In this document: one piece after another, positions 40,631 to 54,049 of the stretch
How positions within the stretch are numbered: the stretch's first letter is position 1
Layout of the letters: each line of letters begins with the position of its first letter
NCBI GenBank assembly: GCA_951406725.2
Contig: OX597815.1
Span: 30,814,001 to 30,878,000, forward strand
Reading direction: 5' to 3'
DNA length: 64,000 bases
Source: Octopus vulgaris
Taxonomy: Eukaryota
The notes under the pieces: generated by a model
Database searches by the model: none
What the model was told of the DNA's origin: nothing
The model's input: only the letters and a program-made list of their open reading frames with translations
Position numbers and translations under genes: made by a program

Positions 40631-41485
40631 TGAGTAAAATTTTTAAGCAGTGCACCAGCAAAGCCGCAAGTAAGTAAGAGATAAAAGATAGCGTCTGTGA
40701 AGGAAAGAAATAGAGTAGATTGTTATGTACTCTACGTACTTCAAAAGGAGCAGCAAATGCGTATTAAGTACTTTTAAGTGTTTACGTAATTTTCCAGTGC
40801 TCCCTCTCTCTCTCTTCCGGTACTTTCCACCTGTCAGGAATTCTTTGTCCACGTTGAAGTTAATTGCAGCAGTGGCACACAGTTTGCTGTTTGACCAATA
40901 CCTATTTCCACTCTGCTTTCCAATGCTGAAACGTATAAATTTTTCTCTGGTCCATCTTGGCGAATCCATTACTTCAAAGATTTTCAGATCAAATATATGA
41001 AAAGTACCTGATGGGAAACAATACTGAATAATTATATAAAACCTTACAGTTACATTATTTGCAATAGGCGCTTATCTTGTAAAACGTGGAGTACATAACT
41101 AGGTGTATCATTTGTTTTATTTACATACTTATTCATCGCATAACAAGCATCATTCGATGCTATATACTGGAGTTGTGTATTTGTTATCTTAACGGAAGTT
41201 CTGCCTAATTTTGATAGCGGACCATGTATATTGCATACATAGAATAATAAACTTTATCGATTATTCTTCTCCAGCTAGTATTATACAGGCCTTGGATGTG
41301 CCCAAAGCTGACACCCTGTTTCTAGATCAATCATTTGGCTCTCACAAATTTAACATTATCGTCATCATCATCATCATTTCATATACGTACAATAGATTAG
41401 AGTGCTGGAAAACAAAAATCCTAACATAGGGCTACAACAAATAACCTTACATGTCAAAAAGCTTCTTAAGTGTTCTAGCTGTCCC

Positions 41486-41550
<65 letters not shown>

Positions 41551-41616
41551 TCTTCTGGAGCTGTACTAAACTGGGTTTTATGCCTATCTCCTCTATCCAT
41601 CTGTTCAACATTTAGG

Positions 41617-41649
<33 letters not shown>

Positions 41650-41669
41650 GCTGTTATATTATTATTAAA

Positions 41670-41740
<71 letters not shown>

Positions 41741-41749
41741 CATTATTAT

Positions 41750-43748
41750 TCAGTAGTCTTAGTATTATCATGTGCCTTCACTGCACTACCGAGCGCAGCT
41801 TTATGTGCATTGGGTACGTGCTGTGTTTTGTTGTGATGCTCTTATTTTTACTGTACTGAAAGTGTTTTACGTAGGATGTGTGCGCTGCATATTAGTGCTA
41901 TTTTCTGTATGTTATATATACTCGTTAATCCTGGTGTTTTTGTTATTTATTTAACTGAATATTTTTCTATCATACCTTATGTGCCTACTATGATAGGAAT
42001 TGTTTCTGCTTTTAGACTCTACATTCGAGTTACCTCTATTACCAGATCTTAGTATTTTAAAAGTGTCTGCGTTTCTTATAGAGAAATGTTGTCATCCATT
42101 GGTGTTGATACATCGATCAGAAAGCATTTTTTTTTGTTTTTGGTGATCTCTTACAACGATACCCAGCCTATTGGCCTTATTTTTTTTTATTTGTGTGTAT
42201 TGGCATATCCCAGAGTATGGTTGCTTTCTCATTTTGAGTGACCTTTTCTGGCGTGTGCCTATACAATCTTTTTTTTTTTTTTTGTTATTCCATAGTGTTA
42301 GGATAGCTTCCAGTGTATACAGGCCCCAATTCTGTCATGTCTGTAAATATATTCCTTCTTAACCAGGACTGGGCAGCCAGATACAATATGCTTTATTGTT
42401 TCTTGTCCATCTCCACCTATTCTGCAGTTATTTGTATTTCTTTTCATTACCTATTTTTGGTAATTCCTGCTTTGAATCCTAAGCTTCTCACCCATTGTTG
42501 GGATATCGATTCGTCTATTTCTTTTTTGTTTAGTTTAATCCAATATTTGCTATGAAGGAGCTTTTCTTGCCATCATTTTATCACGATCCGTTGCTGTTTC
42601 AGTTATAGCTTGGATTTCAGTTGTTTTACAACTTTTGTTGTTTCTTCTTTTTCTTCGTAGTTGTTAGGTAGTATTTGTCAGCTTCCTTAAAGATTGAAAA
42701 CAGTTTTTTGTTTTGTTCATGTTTTGTGGCTGTTTGTATTAGTTTCCCTTGCTTTTGAAGTAGGCATTTCTGTAATCCTATGGTGATTATTTTGTAATAG
42801 TTTTCTGGCTGTATATACGTTATATATATAACCTTTCTATGTCATATTTTGGGTGGTGCATCCTAAATCGTGTCATTATTTTTCTGGTTTTCCTGCCTAT
42901 TTTGATTAGTCCATTTACAGTATAGTTAAGAATATTGTAGGTGTAATTTATAACTGAGACGGCTAGAGTATTGCTACCTATTATCTTGTTTTAGGCATTG
43001 AGCTCTGTTTTCAGTATTAATATAACTCGTCTATAGTATTCCTTTTTGAACTTCATTTATGTATATTGTATCGTATTTAGTTCATTGATTCCTAAGTATT
43101 TGTATGTCTGGCGTTGGTCTAATTCTCTTGACAAGTTTCCCCTTTTCAAGGTTGCTTTGGCACATTTTTCTAAGCCAAATTTCATGTTTATTTCTTTGGT
43201 AACTCCATGTAGTGTGCATTTTTAGATCATCCATATATAAGAGGTGGCTGATTGTTTTGCCGTAACAGTTGTAGCCACATCCAGTTCTGTTTAGCATGTC
43301 AGATAACGGTGTCAGTGCCAAGTAGAAAAGGAGTGGAGAGGGCGTGTCTCCTTGGAATATTCCTCTTCTAACGGGAACGGCTTTGGTTTTTATGAGCGCC
43401 CTCTTTTGTCTGGAGCTGTAGCACAGTCTACCATATATTCATGGAATGTTTTATATACTTTATAACTATTGGTGCTACCTTGTTTATGGCTAGACTTTCG
43501 AGGGTCCATCTGTGGGGAATACCATCAAAAGCCTCTCGGTAACCGATCCAAGCCATACTTAGACTCTTCTTCTTTCTGCGGTTGTCTTCAGTTATGGCTT
43601 TATTGATCAGTAGCTGATCTTTACAGCCGTATGAGCCCTTGCAGCATCCCTTCCTCTCTTCTCGAAACAGACTGTTTTCTTCCAGATGTTTGCTCATTCT
43701 CTGCGATATTATTGCAGTAAAGGCTTTGTAAATTGTAGGGAGACAAGT
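41750..43748 (-). mobile_element. 5'-truncated R4/Dong-like retroelement (same family as 21521-22197)
   Basis: TCLPTIYK, KGCCKGSYGCKDQLLIN, RGIFQGDTPSPLLF, SHLLYMDDLK, then zinc knuckle and RLE. The 3' UTR ...gctgcgctcggtag...actactga is shared with 21521. Bounded by (TAA)n and (TAG)n. Confidence 0.92.
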
Positions 43749-43790
<42 letters not shown>

Positions 43791-44712
43791 AACTACTATA
43801 ACTGCTGCTGCTACTGCTATTAACATTAAAATAGATGTCCCAAGGTGAGCTCAGCGTGGACAGAAACCATACGTCGAGCAAAAGGACAAAACCTCGTTCA
43901 ACACCGATTTTACATATACACGTATGTATCTATGTACGTGTGCATATTAAAATATCACAATTTCTCAGCGAAGCAGGAAGACAATGCTCATTTCATCGTG
44001 TAGAAAATAACATTTATTTAAACTCCATTCATTTTCCGGTAACTGGATTTGTATGTTTGCGATCTTCAAGAAGGTATTGCTTTCTTTTGGCATTTGATCT
44101 GACTACATATAAATTAGAGGAAAGTCCTTCCGTTTTCCAAAAGTATCATTTTCATTGGCTAAATTCTTATTTCGGTTGTATGTGAATGTTGTAATTTCAT
44201 TTAACATATTTTTCTTTGCTCATTTTCATTGTTATTTCTGGTGTTGCTAAGGTATAAATCGTTCATTGTTCAAACATTGCTTAATTTTTTTATTTATTAT
44301 TTATATCCAATTTTACTAAAATAGCTTATCTGCATTTCATTAATTGAAATTTCAAATCTTGGTTTGCTAAATATACTTCATACATATCTGGTGCTTGTTC
44401 TACTTTCCGTTGTCCACTTGTTGATTGTGACATCATATGCTTTTTCTGTTTCATTTGTCGTTCTATATATTTTATAGATACTTGTTCTTTATGTGATTCA
44501 CTAAGAATATATATGGTTGTTCAGATTTTCATTAGTTAGTTTCTCTGTTATTTGTCTCATGTTTTTTTTTTCAGATTTTGTCATCCGATTTTCTGAAACT
44601 GTGCATTTTCTATTTCTCTTTGGCTAATTCAACAATCGTTCTATTTCTTTCTTTTTTTTTCGAAGTTTTGTCTACTTCATAGATAGTGATCTTGTATCTG
44701 CGATCTCTCAAG

Positions 44713-44803
<91 letters not shown>

Positions 44804-44877
44804 CATATACATGTGTGTGTCTGAATGTGTATGTGTGTGCCTCTGTGTGTTTGTGTGTTTGTGTCTGTGTATATATA

Positions 44878-44913
<36 letters not shown>

Positions 44914-46274
44914 TGTGTATGCATGTATGTATGTATGTATGTATGTATGTATGTATGTATGTATGTATGTATGCATGTATGTATGTATGTATATGATCTG
45001 CTGTATTTTTTCTCATATCGGATTTGATTTTGGCTGTCTTTATCAGAATGATTAACTTATATTTGATTACCGTTTTTCAGGTTATTCTCTAGTAATTTTT
45101 TCTGTGTACCATTTCTTATTGAACAATTCAATAAGCCTTCTGTCTCTGTCTATTGTGCAATCTCATCAAGATTTTCCTGTATTGTTTCCTTCTTGTTATT
45201 GTCTATTTGCTTCTACACTATTCATTAAGCGTCAAATTGATAGATATATTAGAGCGTTGTATAGAGTACTGTACAATTTTCGCTTTGCGTTACTGCATTT
45301 TGAGTTCAGATCTCACCCAAGCTTAATTAGCTTGCATTTTCTGGGAGGCCGAAAAAAAGTAAAATTCAAGGGCAGTTGATTGGTGAAATTATTATAGTAT
45401 CCGCTGGCACACTTTGCAGTATTTCCACTGACTCTTTACGTTCTCACAATAATGCTCGTGACCTCACTTGCAGAAAGCTGTATTTCTCTCATACCGACGA
45501 CCCCTTTGTTGGTAAACATCAGTGATGTGGATAGTGGAATCTTTCGTATATGAGTGACATCCAAACCTCCGACAAATCCTTGTCGAGCCTGAGAATGCAT
45601 TGACGCACATATAATCAATCCTGACCGAAGATTAAATGACTTTTCTGTATCTATTTGTAATTTATATATATGTTAAAAGTATCATTGTTATCGTTATTTC
45701 TTTTTTGAAATTGCTAAGTAAATTTTTATTTTATTAGATAAAGCATTAAATATCCTATCTGGCGTCTGTAAATTGGCATTCATTATTTTCTGTTGATTTA
45801 TTCTTATAGATTATTTATCTTCTTGGTGGAGTGGGGAATTGTTTTAACTTCATCTGTATTTTTGTTGCTGTTGCACAAGCAGTTATTTCTCTTATGTTCA
45901 GTATGGACTAGCTTTTAAAACTGAATTTATTCTGGTGTCTGCATAATAACATCATCCCATTTTTCTTATTAAGCAAGCGTGTAATTAATTTATATTTTCT
46001 GAACTCCAGAGTCGGCACATTTAGAAAATGTTCTAGTATAGACTGGCCTTGTCTATAAGTGTGCAGTTTATATTTATAATATTTACACTCTTCTTTCTTT
46101 GTCGCTACAACGGACTGACGGTATGCGTGTTTGTTCCTGTGAGTTATTGTGTGCATCTGGCTTTGAACTGCCACCGTCTTTAGTCAAGGAACGGTGTTTC
46201 AGAACAAGTTACGAAAAAAAAGCCGCGGAAGACAATAAAATATAACAATAAAATTCAAGAGGAGGAGGCTGGGG

Positions 46275-46303
46275 AAGAAGAAGAAGAAGAAGAAGAAGAA
46301 GGA

Positions 46304-46391
<88 letters not shown>

Positions 46392-46483
46392 AAGAAGAAG
46401 AAGAAGAAGAAGAAGAAGAAGAAGAAGAAAAAGAAGAAGAAGAAGAAGAAGAAGAAGAAGAAGAAGAAGAAGAAGAAGAAGAA
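46275..46483. repeat. (GAA)n-(TAA)n-(GAA)n compound microsatellite
   Basis: Read directly from the sequence. Confidence 0.95.
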
Positions 46484-46992
46484 ACGTCAATCATTTAACA
46501 AAAAGATGAAATACTATATATAGATTGCTTTAACACATAAAACTCTTTTTTTTTTCACCTTAGCACTCCTGTGTAAGACGGTATGTTGTTGATTGCGGTG
46601 CAATATGAAACTGAATGATGATTTCGTTTACTATCTCTCAGTGCGTTTCATGCCTCACCTGCGTGACATATTTAGACCTACCGCATGCTCTGGCGTGTTT
46701 CCCTTATCGAGTTAACCTCGAATCTGTATGGGTTTCATTTACACCTGTTGTGTTATAAAGATGCTCGCTTTTGTTCTCCTTGTACAAGATACTAACTGAT
46801 GAATCAATTTCTCAATTGCGGCTTCCTTATCGACAATAATCGCGTGGCTGCATGCGAAGCAGTGTGTTTGTTTGTTTAGCCTCGCTATTGAATTTTAGAC
46901 GCTCTATCGGCACTGTAAATGACCTCATTACTCATTTTCATGAATATAAGATTTCTTCCTTCCACTACTACATTTGTACATATGACGCACGC

Positions 46993-47045
<53 letters not shown>

Positions 47046-47177
47046 CATGCATGCAAACGCATATATGAATGAAATATATATATATAGTTTACCGTTACAT
47101 TTAAAACCGTATATTTACCGAGAGATAAATATCACTTAATGGACACTGCATTAAAGGAAGAACCACTAATAGTTTCT

Positions 47178-47589
47178 TATTTCTTTACTCCTCACAAGAG
47201 GATACGCAGAGAGGGGACAAACAAGGACAGACATAGATATTAAGTCGATAATATTGACCCCAGTGCGTAACTGGTACTTAATTTATCGACTCCGAAAGGA
47301 TGAAAGGCAAAGTCGACCTCGGCGGAATTTGAACTCAGAACGTAACGGCACACAAAATACCTATTTCTTTATTACCCACAAGGGGCTAAACACAGAGGGG
47401 ACAAAGAAGGACAGACATAGATATTAAGTCGATTACATCGACCCCAGTGCGTAACTGGTACTTAATTTATCGACCTCGAAAGGATGAAAGGCAAAGTCGA
47501 CCTCGGCGGAATTTGAACTCACAACGTAACGCACACAAAATACCGCTAAGCATTTCGCCCGGCGTGCTAAAGTTTCTGCCAGCTCGCCG
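47178..47589 (-). mobile_element. Dimeric SINE family A
   Basis: One head followed by two units of about 180 bp joined at aaagaaataggtattt. Confidence 0.9.
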
Positions 47590-48198
47590 ACTTCAATGGT
47601 TTCGTGACATTAAGGAACGTTGTTGGGCGATTTTTTATTAATTGTTTGTGTCTCTAATCAATAAGCAGTCACTGAGCATATATGTTGTTCCATTTATATG
47701 TATGTATATATACATATACACACATGTATATTATAATCATGTAATTATAATTCTGGCTATCACTGCATTAGCGCATCATGTAGGATCTTGGCTAGCGTAG
47801 TATTCCAAAATCCGAAGGAAATCCGTAAGATTCGATTGATATTATTGGGAGAAATACACGACTCCAAGGAAAGCTCCAGCAAGCTAAACGTTAGCCATGC
47901 AGAGTAAATAATAGTAAAAATTAAATTGCGGAAGGATGTCAAATTGACATTACAACTGTTTCCGTAACTGGACCATATCCTTTATTCCATATCTCATACA
48001 ATGTTATGCAACTAATAAAATATTATTCAATACATGCCATAATATGTGGAAATATGTAATGATAAACCTATGGTGCATTTATTTCCTCAGATGTCATGAT
48101 ACAAATGTACAATCGACCAAATGCATTCAAATAATGACACCTGAGGAAGAGAAAGGACTATAGGATTATTATCATTATTACATACCTTCATATATTCA

Positions 48199-48769
48199 AT
48201 TCTACTCTAGGCACAAGGCCCGAAATTTTGGGGGAGGGACCAGTCGATTAGATCGACCCAAGTGCGTAACTGGTACTTATTTAATCGACCCCGAAAGGAT
48301 GAAAGACAAAGTCGACCTCGGTGGAATTTGAACTGGACGAAATACCGGCGAAGTTGGACTCAAAAATATTTTTTCTACTCTAGGCACAAGGCTCGACGTT
48401 TTGTGGGGAGGGGGCGAGTCGATTAGATCGACTCTAATACGCAACTGGTACTTAATCTATCGACCCCGAAAGGATGAAAGGCAAAGTCGACCTCGGTGGA
48501 ATTTGAACTCAGAACGTAGCAGTATATGAAATACCTATTTCTTTACTACCCACAAGGGGGCTAAATACAGAGAGGACAAACAAGGACAGACAAACGGATT
48601 AAGCCGATTACATCGACCCTAGTGCGTAACTGGTACTTAATTTATCGACCCCGAAAGGATGAAAGCCGAAGTCGACCGCTGCGGAATTTGAACTCAGAAC
48701 GTAACGGCCGACGTATTACCGCTAAGCATTTCGCCCGGCATGCTAACGTTTCTGCCAGCTTCCCACCTT
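48199..48769 (-). mobile_element. Trimeric SINE family A array
   Basis: Three cores (tcgaccccgaaaggatgaaag) with a single head at 48720-48769. Confidence 0.88.
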
Positions 48770-48931
48770 CATATCTCCATATGTTATGACATGTATTTCA
48801 CAACATTGTATGAAATAGGAAATAAATTATTGTTTGTGTTGTTTGTGTGTGTGTGTATGTATGTGTGCGAGTGTACATGTTTGTGCATATGTGAGCATTA
48901 TGCATATGCATACATATCTATATATATATAT

Positions 48932-49201
48932 TCTTTCATTCTTTCATTTGTTCCAGTCATTTGACTGCTGGCCATGCTGGAGCAGCACCTTTAAGGTTTT
49001 TTTTTAACCGAAGAAATTGACCCCAGTGCTTATATTTTTTAGCCTAGTACTTATTCAATCGGCTCCTTTTGCCGAACTGGTAAGTTAGAGGCGCGTAAAC
49101 GCACCAACATCAGTTGTCAAGCGATGGTGGAGGCAAACAAAGACACACAGACTCATAAATGCATACACACACACACACATTTATATACACACACACAGAC
49201 A

Positions 49202-49263
<62 letters not shown>

Positions 49264-49390
49264 CATATATATATACGACGGGCTGTTTCCAGTTTCCGAA
49301 CACAAGGTCCACTCACAAGGCTTTGGGAGGCCCGAGGCTATAGAAAAAGACACTTCCCCAAGTTGTCAGGCAGTGTGACTGAACCCAGGA
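48932..49390 (-). mobile_element. SINE family B with internal (CA)n
   Basis: Tail cagtcatttgactgctggccatgctggagcagcacc and body matching 35157-35545. Confidence 0.85.
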
Positions 49391-49421
49391 CCAAGCAACC
49401 AAACACTCATGCACTTATCTA

Positions 49422-50620
49422 TTCCGTTGGCAACTAAGTTCCCGCCGTTTCCTTTTCAAATTTAATTGTTTTTAAAGGTTTCATAAAAAATAACAATTCA
49501 TTAATCAATAATGAATTTACCCTTGTTGTTTACACCTTCTTCCAAACGTTCAACAAGATTTTCAATACCACGTTGGTAGAAATCACGTGATTTCGACTCG
49601 AAAAATTGTTCCAACCAAGCTCTCAATTCTGCATCAGTATTGAACGAAACACCGCGCATATCATTTGAAATAGATCAAAAGAGGTAGAAATGCGTTGGTG
49701 CCAAATCAGGAGAGTACGGCGAGTGTAGCAGCACTTCTCAGCCATGCGTTTGAATGGCTTCCTTGGTCATATGGGCGATATGAGGGCAGGCGTTGTCGTG
49801 CAGCAGAAGAACTCCATGCTGCCGATTAGGCATTTTTTCTTGAATAGCAGTGTTGAGTCGTTTCATCTGTTGGACATAGAGTTCCGCATTGACCGTTTGG
49901 TTCCGTTCAAGCAATTCGTAATGAATAATCCCTTGCCAGTCCCACCATACACTCAACATCGTTTTTCGTGGATGAAGATCTTGTTTCACGCAGGGTGTCG
50001 CTTGTTTACCGGGGCTAAGCCATTCCTTACGCTGCTTCATATTGATGTACAGGCACAATATTTTCGTCGCCAGTAACGATTCGGTAAAGAAATCGTTGCT
50101 TGTGTCCATGAGTTGAGCGGTGACAAATAAGAAAACCAGCGGAGATTGTGGCCCGTTGATTTTTGTTGTTGTCACTTAAAGCATGCGGAACTCATGCTCC
50201 ATACTTCTGAACCTTTCCCATCGAGTGAAGATGCTTCTCTATAGCAGTGTTGGAGCATTCTAATTTCTCTACCAGTTCCCTTGTCGTTTGACGAGAATTT
50301 TCGTGCAAAAGTTAGTTTAATCGCTCTTCATCGAACTCAAATGGACGGCCAGAACGAGGTGCATTTTTGAGGTCAAAATTTCCATTTTTGAACTTGGTAT
50401 ACCAATTACGAGCGGTTCTTTCAGCTATGGCTCCCTCTCCATACACAGCACGTGTCGCGAGCAGCTTTTGCGGCCTTAGAACCTTGATAAAAAGCAAAAA
50501 GAAGGAGGTTTCGAAAATGCGTTTTTCTTAACGTGACATTCCAGTTTAATGATCTGGAAATAAACAAAAATTAACTAAAATAAACTAGTACAAAAGATTA
50601 AAAAATGATTCAAAAGTACA
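49422..50620 (-). mobile_element. Decayed mariner transposon (DD34D-type transposase pseudogene)
   Basis: HTH VYGEGAIAERTARNWY.KFKNGNFDL..APRSGRP, then KTMLSVWWDWQGIIHYELL, LLHDNA.PH and YSPDLAP. One TIR, TA|ttccgttggcaactaagtt, is at 49422; the other TIR was not found. Confidence 0.93.
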
Positions 50621-50934
50621 ATTCTCGAAAAAAAAATAGATTCCCAAATTCGAGTGTTTGAGTGTTGTGCGCACGTGCCCACATTAAGCCCTGCGCCAAG
50701 TGTAGAGTTGTCAAGATGTATCGTTGTTAATGCTACAATATAACTCTAATATTTCAAAACTCAAGAATTACGAAGGTGGATAGAGTGGATATGAATTGAT
50801 GAAATAAGAGAAATGAAGTGAGAGAAGAGATGTGTATTCCATTAGTTTGCCACCGTTTCATGATCATATCCGTAATATAATTGTCATGACATAATTTATT
50901 CGTATATGCATATAATATGTATGTGGAAACATAT

Positions 50935-51096
50935 AGGTGCCGGAGTGGCTGTGTGGTAAGAAGCTTGCTTCTCAACCACATGGTTTCAGGTTCAGTCCAA
51001 CTGCGTGGCATCTTGGGCAAATGTTATCTACTATAGCCTCGGGCCGACCAAAGCCTTGTGAGTGGATTTGATAGACGGAATTTGAAAAAGTCCAGT

Positions 51097-51159
<63 letters not shown>

Positions 51160-51612
51160 AAACAAGTCAAAATAGAAAATGCTAAAATAATTTTATAAAG
51201 AACATTTCAGTACCGGTTTCGGTCATTTTGAGACCTTTTCAACTGTAACGATTAAATAATTAAATTTAGAAAAATTAGAAGAAAAGTTTTTTTAAAGGAA
51301 TATTTGTATAGTGTTCAAATATAAGTGGCATTCTGCCTTTCTCTGTCTCCCTTGTCTCCCTTGTTCGAGGTCGTTGGTAGGGTAGAAGAAGAAGAAGGTT
51401 GATGAGGAGAGGGGGTGGAAAATACGTATATATATATACGTATGTATTTGTGCGTCTGTGTTTACAGCCCGTAAGCTAGAGGTTCGGGAAAAAAGAGACC
51501 GATAAAATATGTACTAGGCTTACCAAGAAATGTCCTGGGGTCGATTTATTCCACTAAAGGTGGTGCTCCAGCATGGCCGCAGTTAAATGACTGAGACAAG
51601 TAAAGTAAAGAG
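50935..51612 (+). mobile_element. SINE family B interrupted in its internal microsatellite
   Basis: Head at 50935-51098 and tail at 51460-51612, with about 270 bp of foreign sequence at 51156-51425. Confidence 0.85.
51208..51245 (-). ncRNA. Minimal type I hammerhead ribozyme motif (U3-A8 variant), Penelope-type
   Basis: Minus strand cag|TTGAAAA|ggtc-tcaaaat-gacc|GAAA|ccggTA|ctg, with palindromic ACCGGU and a GUA triplet. Confidence 0.65.
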
Positions 51613-51929
51613 ATATATATATAATTGTACTATAATTTGACTAACAGACAGATAATAAATTTGATAATTCATTTTGCCTCGTTTTATCATGAACATTTTG
51701 ATGTATAGGTAATTATTTAAGTGCGTTGTAGAGCATAAATATCAAAGTTATAGTTGAGAAGAAATTTCTTGAAATGGAGAAAGATATCAGAATATTGGAG
51801 AAGATGTATCTGTATGATGATGATTCGCGCCGGCTATTAAAACGACGATATCTTGACTGTAACTCAATGTTCTCTGAATACTGTAAACGATGTGAGACGT
51901 GTCACAGATAGCTACAACGAAGATTAAGA

Positions 51930-52416
51930 AGCCGTGGCCTGCAAAGATGGCTACACAAGAAGTTATGACTGTGTACACCACTCAGTGTTCTTCCTCACAT
52001 CTTTGAACAGGGCCTTAGACTCAATTCACACGGCTATGTTGAAACTGCTAAAGACTATGGTCAATCCGTGGCTGGAGTGGGTAACTGCAGAAAGGCCATA
52101 TTTATGGCAACAGGAATCGGCTCCTCCTTGCCTAACCACAAAGTGGTCGACGGTGATTTTCTTATACTTTACCATTCCAAGTTTCTGGCTTCTTAACTCT
52201 TCCGATTGTAATTCCATGGTTGGTGTACTACGTGTTTGTGTGTGGGTCGGTGGGTTAAAAATACACCAACCACTCTACCTGGAACACAAACGCCGAGCTG
52301 TGGCCGGGATTGAAGAGGTGCTTGAAGATCATCTCATGAACACGGTAAGGAACACATGAGCTAGGTTTAGGAGCCGTCTTCAAACCGCGGTGGAAATTGA
52401 GGGCAGTGACTTTAAG
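51930..52416 (+). mobile_element. Decayed Tc1/mariner (maT/DD37D-like) transposase C-terminal fragment
   Basis: YV(K)LLKTMVNPWLEWVTAERPYLWQQESAP...FWLLNSSDCNSM...VW resembles the QQDSAP and WPPNSPDCNP motifs. A C-terminal RFRSRL..VEIEG follows. Confidence 0.75.
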
Positions 52417-53756
52417 TAAGCAGTTAACTTCCAGCCATAACCTTGTTGAAATTTGTTGAGGCCTGGCTATTGTGTTTTCTTTTCTTTCTTTTTGCAATCT
52501 GTTAAAATTAGCCCCAACAACTTGTATACATACATACATACATACATACATACATACAAAACAACAAAAAGCAACAAAATAGCATGTATGCATATATACG
52601 CATGCGAACGCACATACACACGCACACATGTATATACACACACACACACATGCACACACACACATATATAAATGAAGGATAAGAAAATACTGTTATTGAA
52701 GTTAGTAAGAGTTTAATATCAGCCAAAATCGACCATTAGTCCTTACAGCTGTTTCATTTAAGCTCAGCGAAGTTAAATAAATACTAAAATCACATTTCTT
52801 AGCATAATCTGTTCAGAGGGAGGGAAAAAATATACTACCCTTAGATATTTTGTGAGTTAGACTTTAGGATCACGGCGGCAGACTCATGTCTGCCGTGAAG
52901 GATTTAAACCATGGTTTATATTACATAAACCTATTATTTTATGGATATTAATCTCCCTCAACTATATTAGGTATTGAACCAATATTTCTTTGGATGACAC
53001 CATCCATTTACGAGGCCAATATAACATCTATATATATATATATGCCCACATACATATATATATAGGTAAATATATGTATAATATTTATATACGTTATATA
53101 CGCATCAAATATAGACGTACTCACGGGCGCTCGCACACACACACACATATATATATATATATTTATTTATTTATTTATGTCAGCATGCGTGCATGTATAT
53201 CCATTCATAAGTGACAAGAGAACAGGAATTACGTAAAGATATTCATTAGCTTATTCATCCCATGGTGCTTGCTTACAAAAACAGACAACAGTAAGCAATA
53301 CAATTCATATACGTACACGAAAGTATGTAATATATGTGTGTGTGCATGTTTGCGTGCGTGTTTGTATGTGTGTGTTGCGTACGTTAGTACATATGTATAC
53401 ATTTCAAAATCTTATAATCCAGGTGGATAGTAACCAAATCGCTTCAATGATTTCATAGATTTATATTCATATATTTCTTTTTTTGCAAGTTCATTCCTAA
53501 TTCGAAATTTTTTCGTCTGTTTGTTCATCCGTAAGAATATAATGATATTCATATTATATCGGTACTAGAGGAATATTTTCAAAAAAAAAAAAAAAATATG
53601 TCTTAAATTCTGGCCTACAATTGGACATCTGCACTTCATCAAGTGAGTAGGTTTATTCATGAGTATTAAATATGATTCTGCTAATGCCAGCTAAATTGGT
53701 ATATTTTCTCCCTTCATCCCTCTCTTTTCCTGAACACACACACACACACACATATA

Positions 53757-53808
<52 letters not shown>

Positions 53809-53933
53809 TTCTACTTGGAGCTTTTACGTGAATTGGCGTTGAAAGCAGAGTTGGTACAGAAACAATTGTAACCTATTATTAAATATGTATTTAAGTCTTT
53901 CTTTGTCATATAAGGATTCTCTCTCTCTTTCTC

Positions 53934-53977
<44 letters not shown>

Positions 53978-54049
53978 ATGTGTGTGTGTATGTATGTATG
54001 TATATATATATGTGTATATATATATGTGTTTATATATATATATACATTT

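Noticed and set aside
47178-48769. CRISPR-like or satellite array
   Set aside because: The units are SINE monomers of about 180 bp, with no repeat-spacer structure, in a eukaryotic context.
49738-50497. Domesticated SETMAR-like gene
   Set aside because: It has stops and frameshifts, no SET domain and a retained TIR, so it is a dead mariner.
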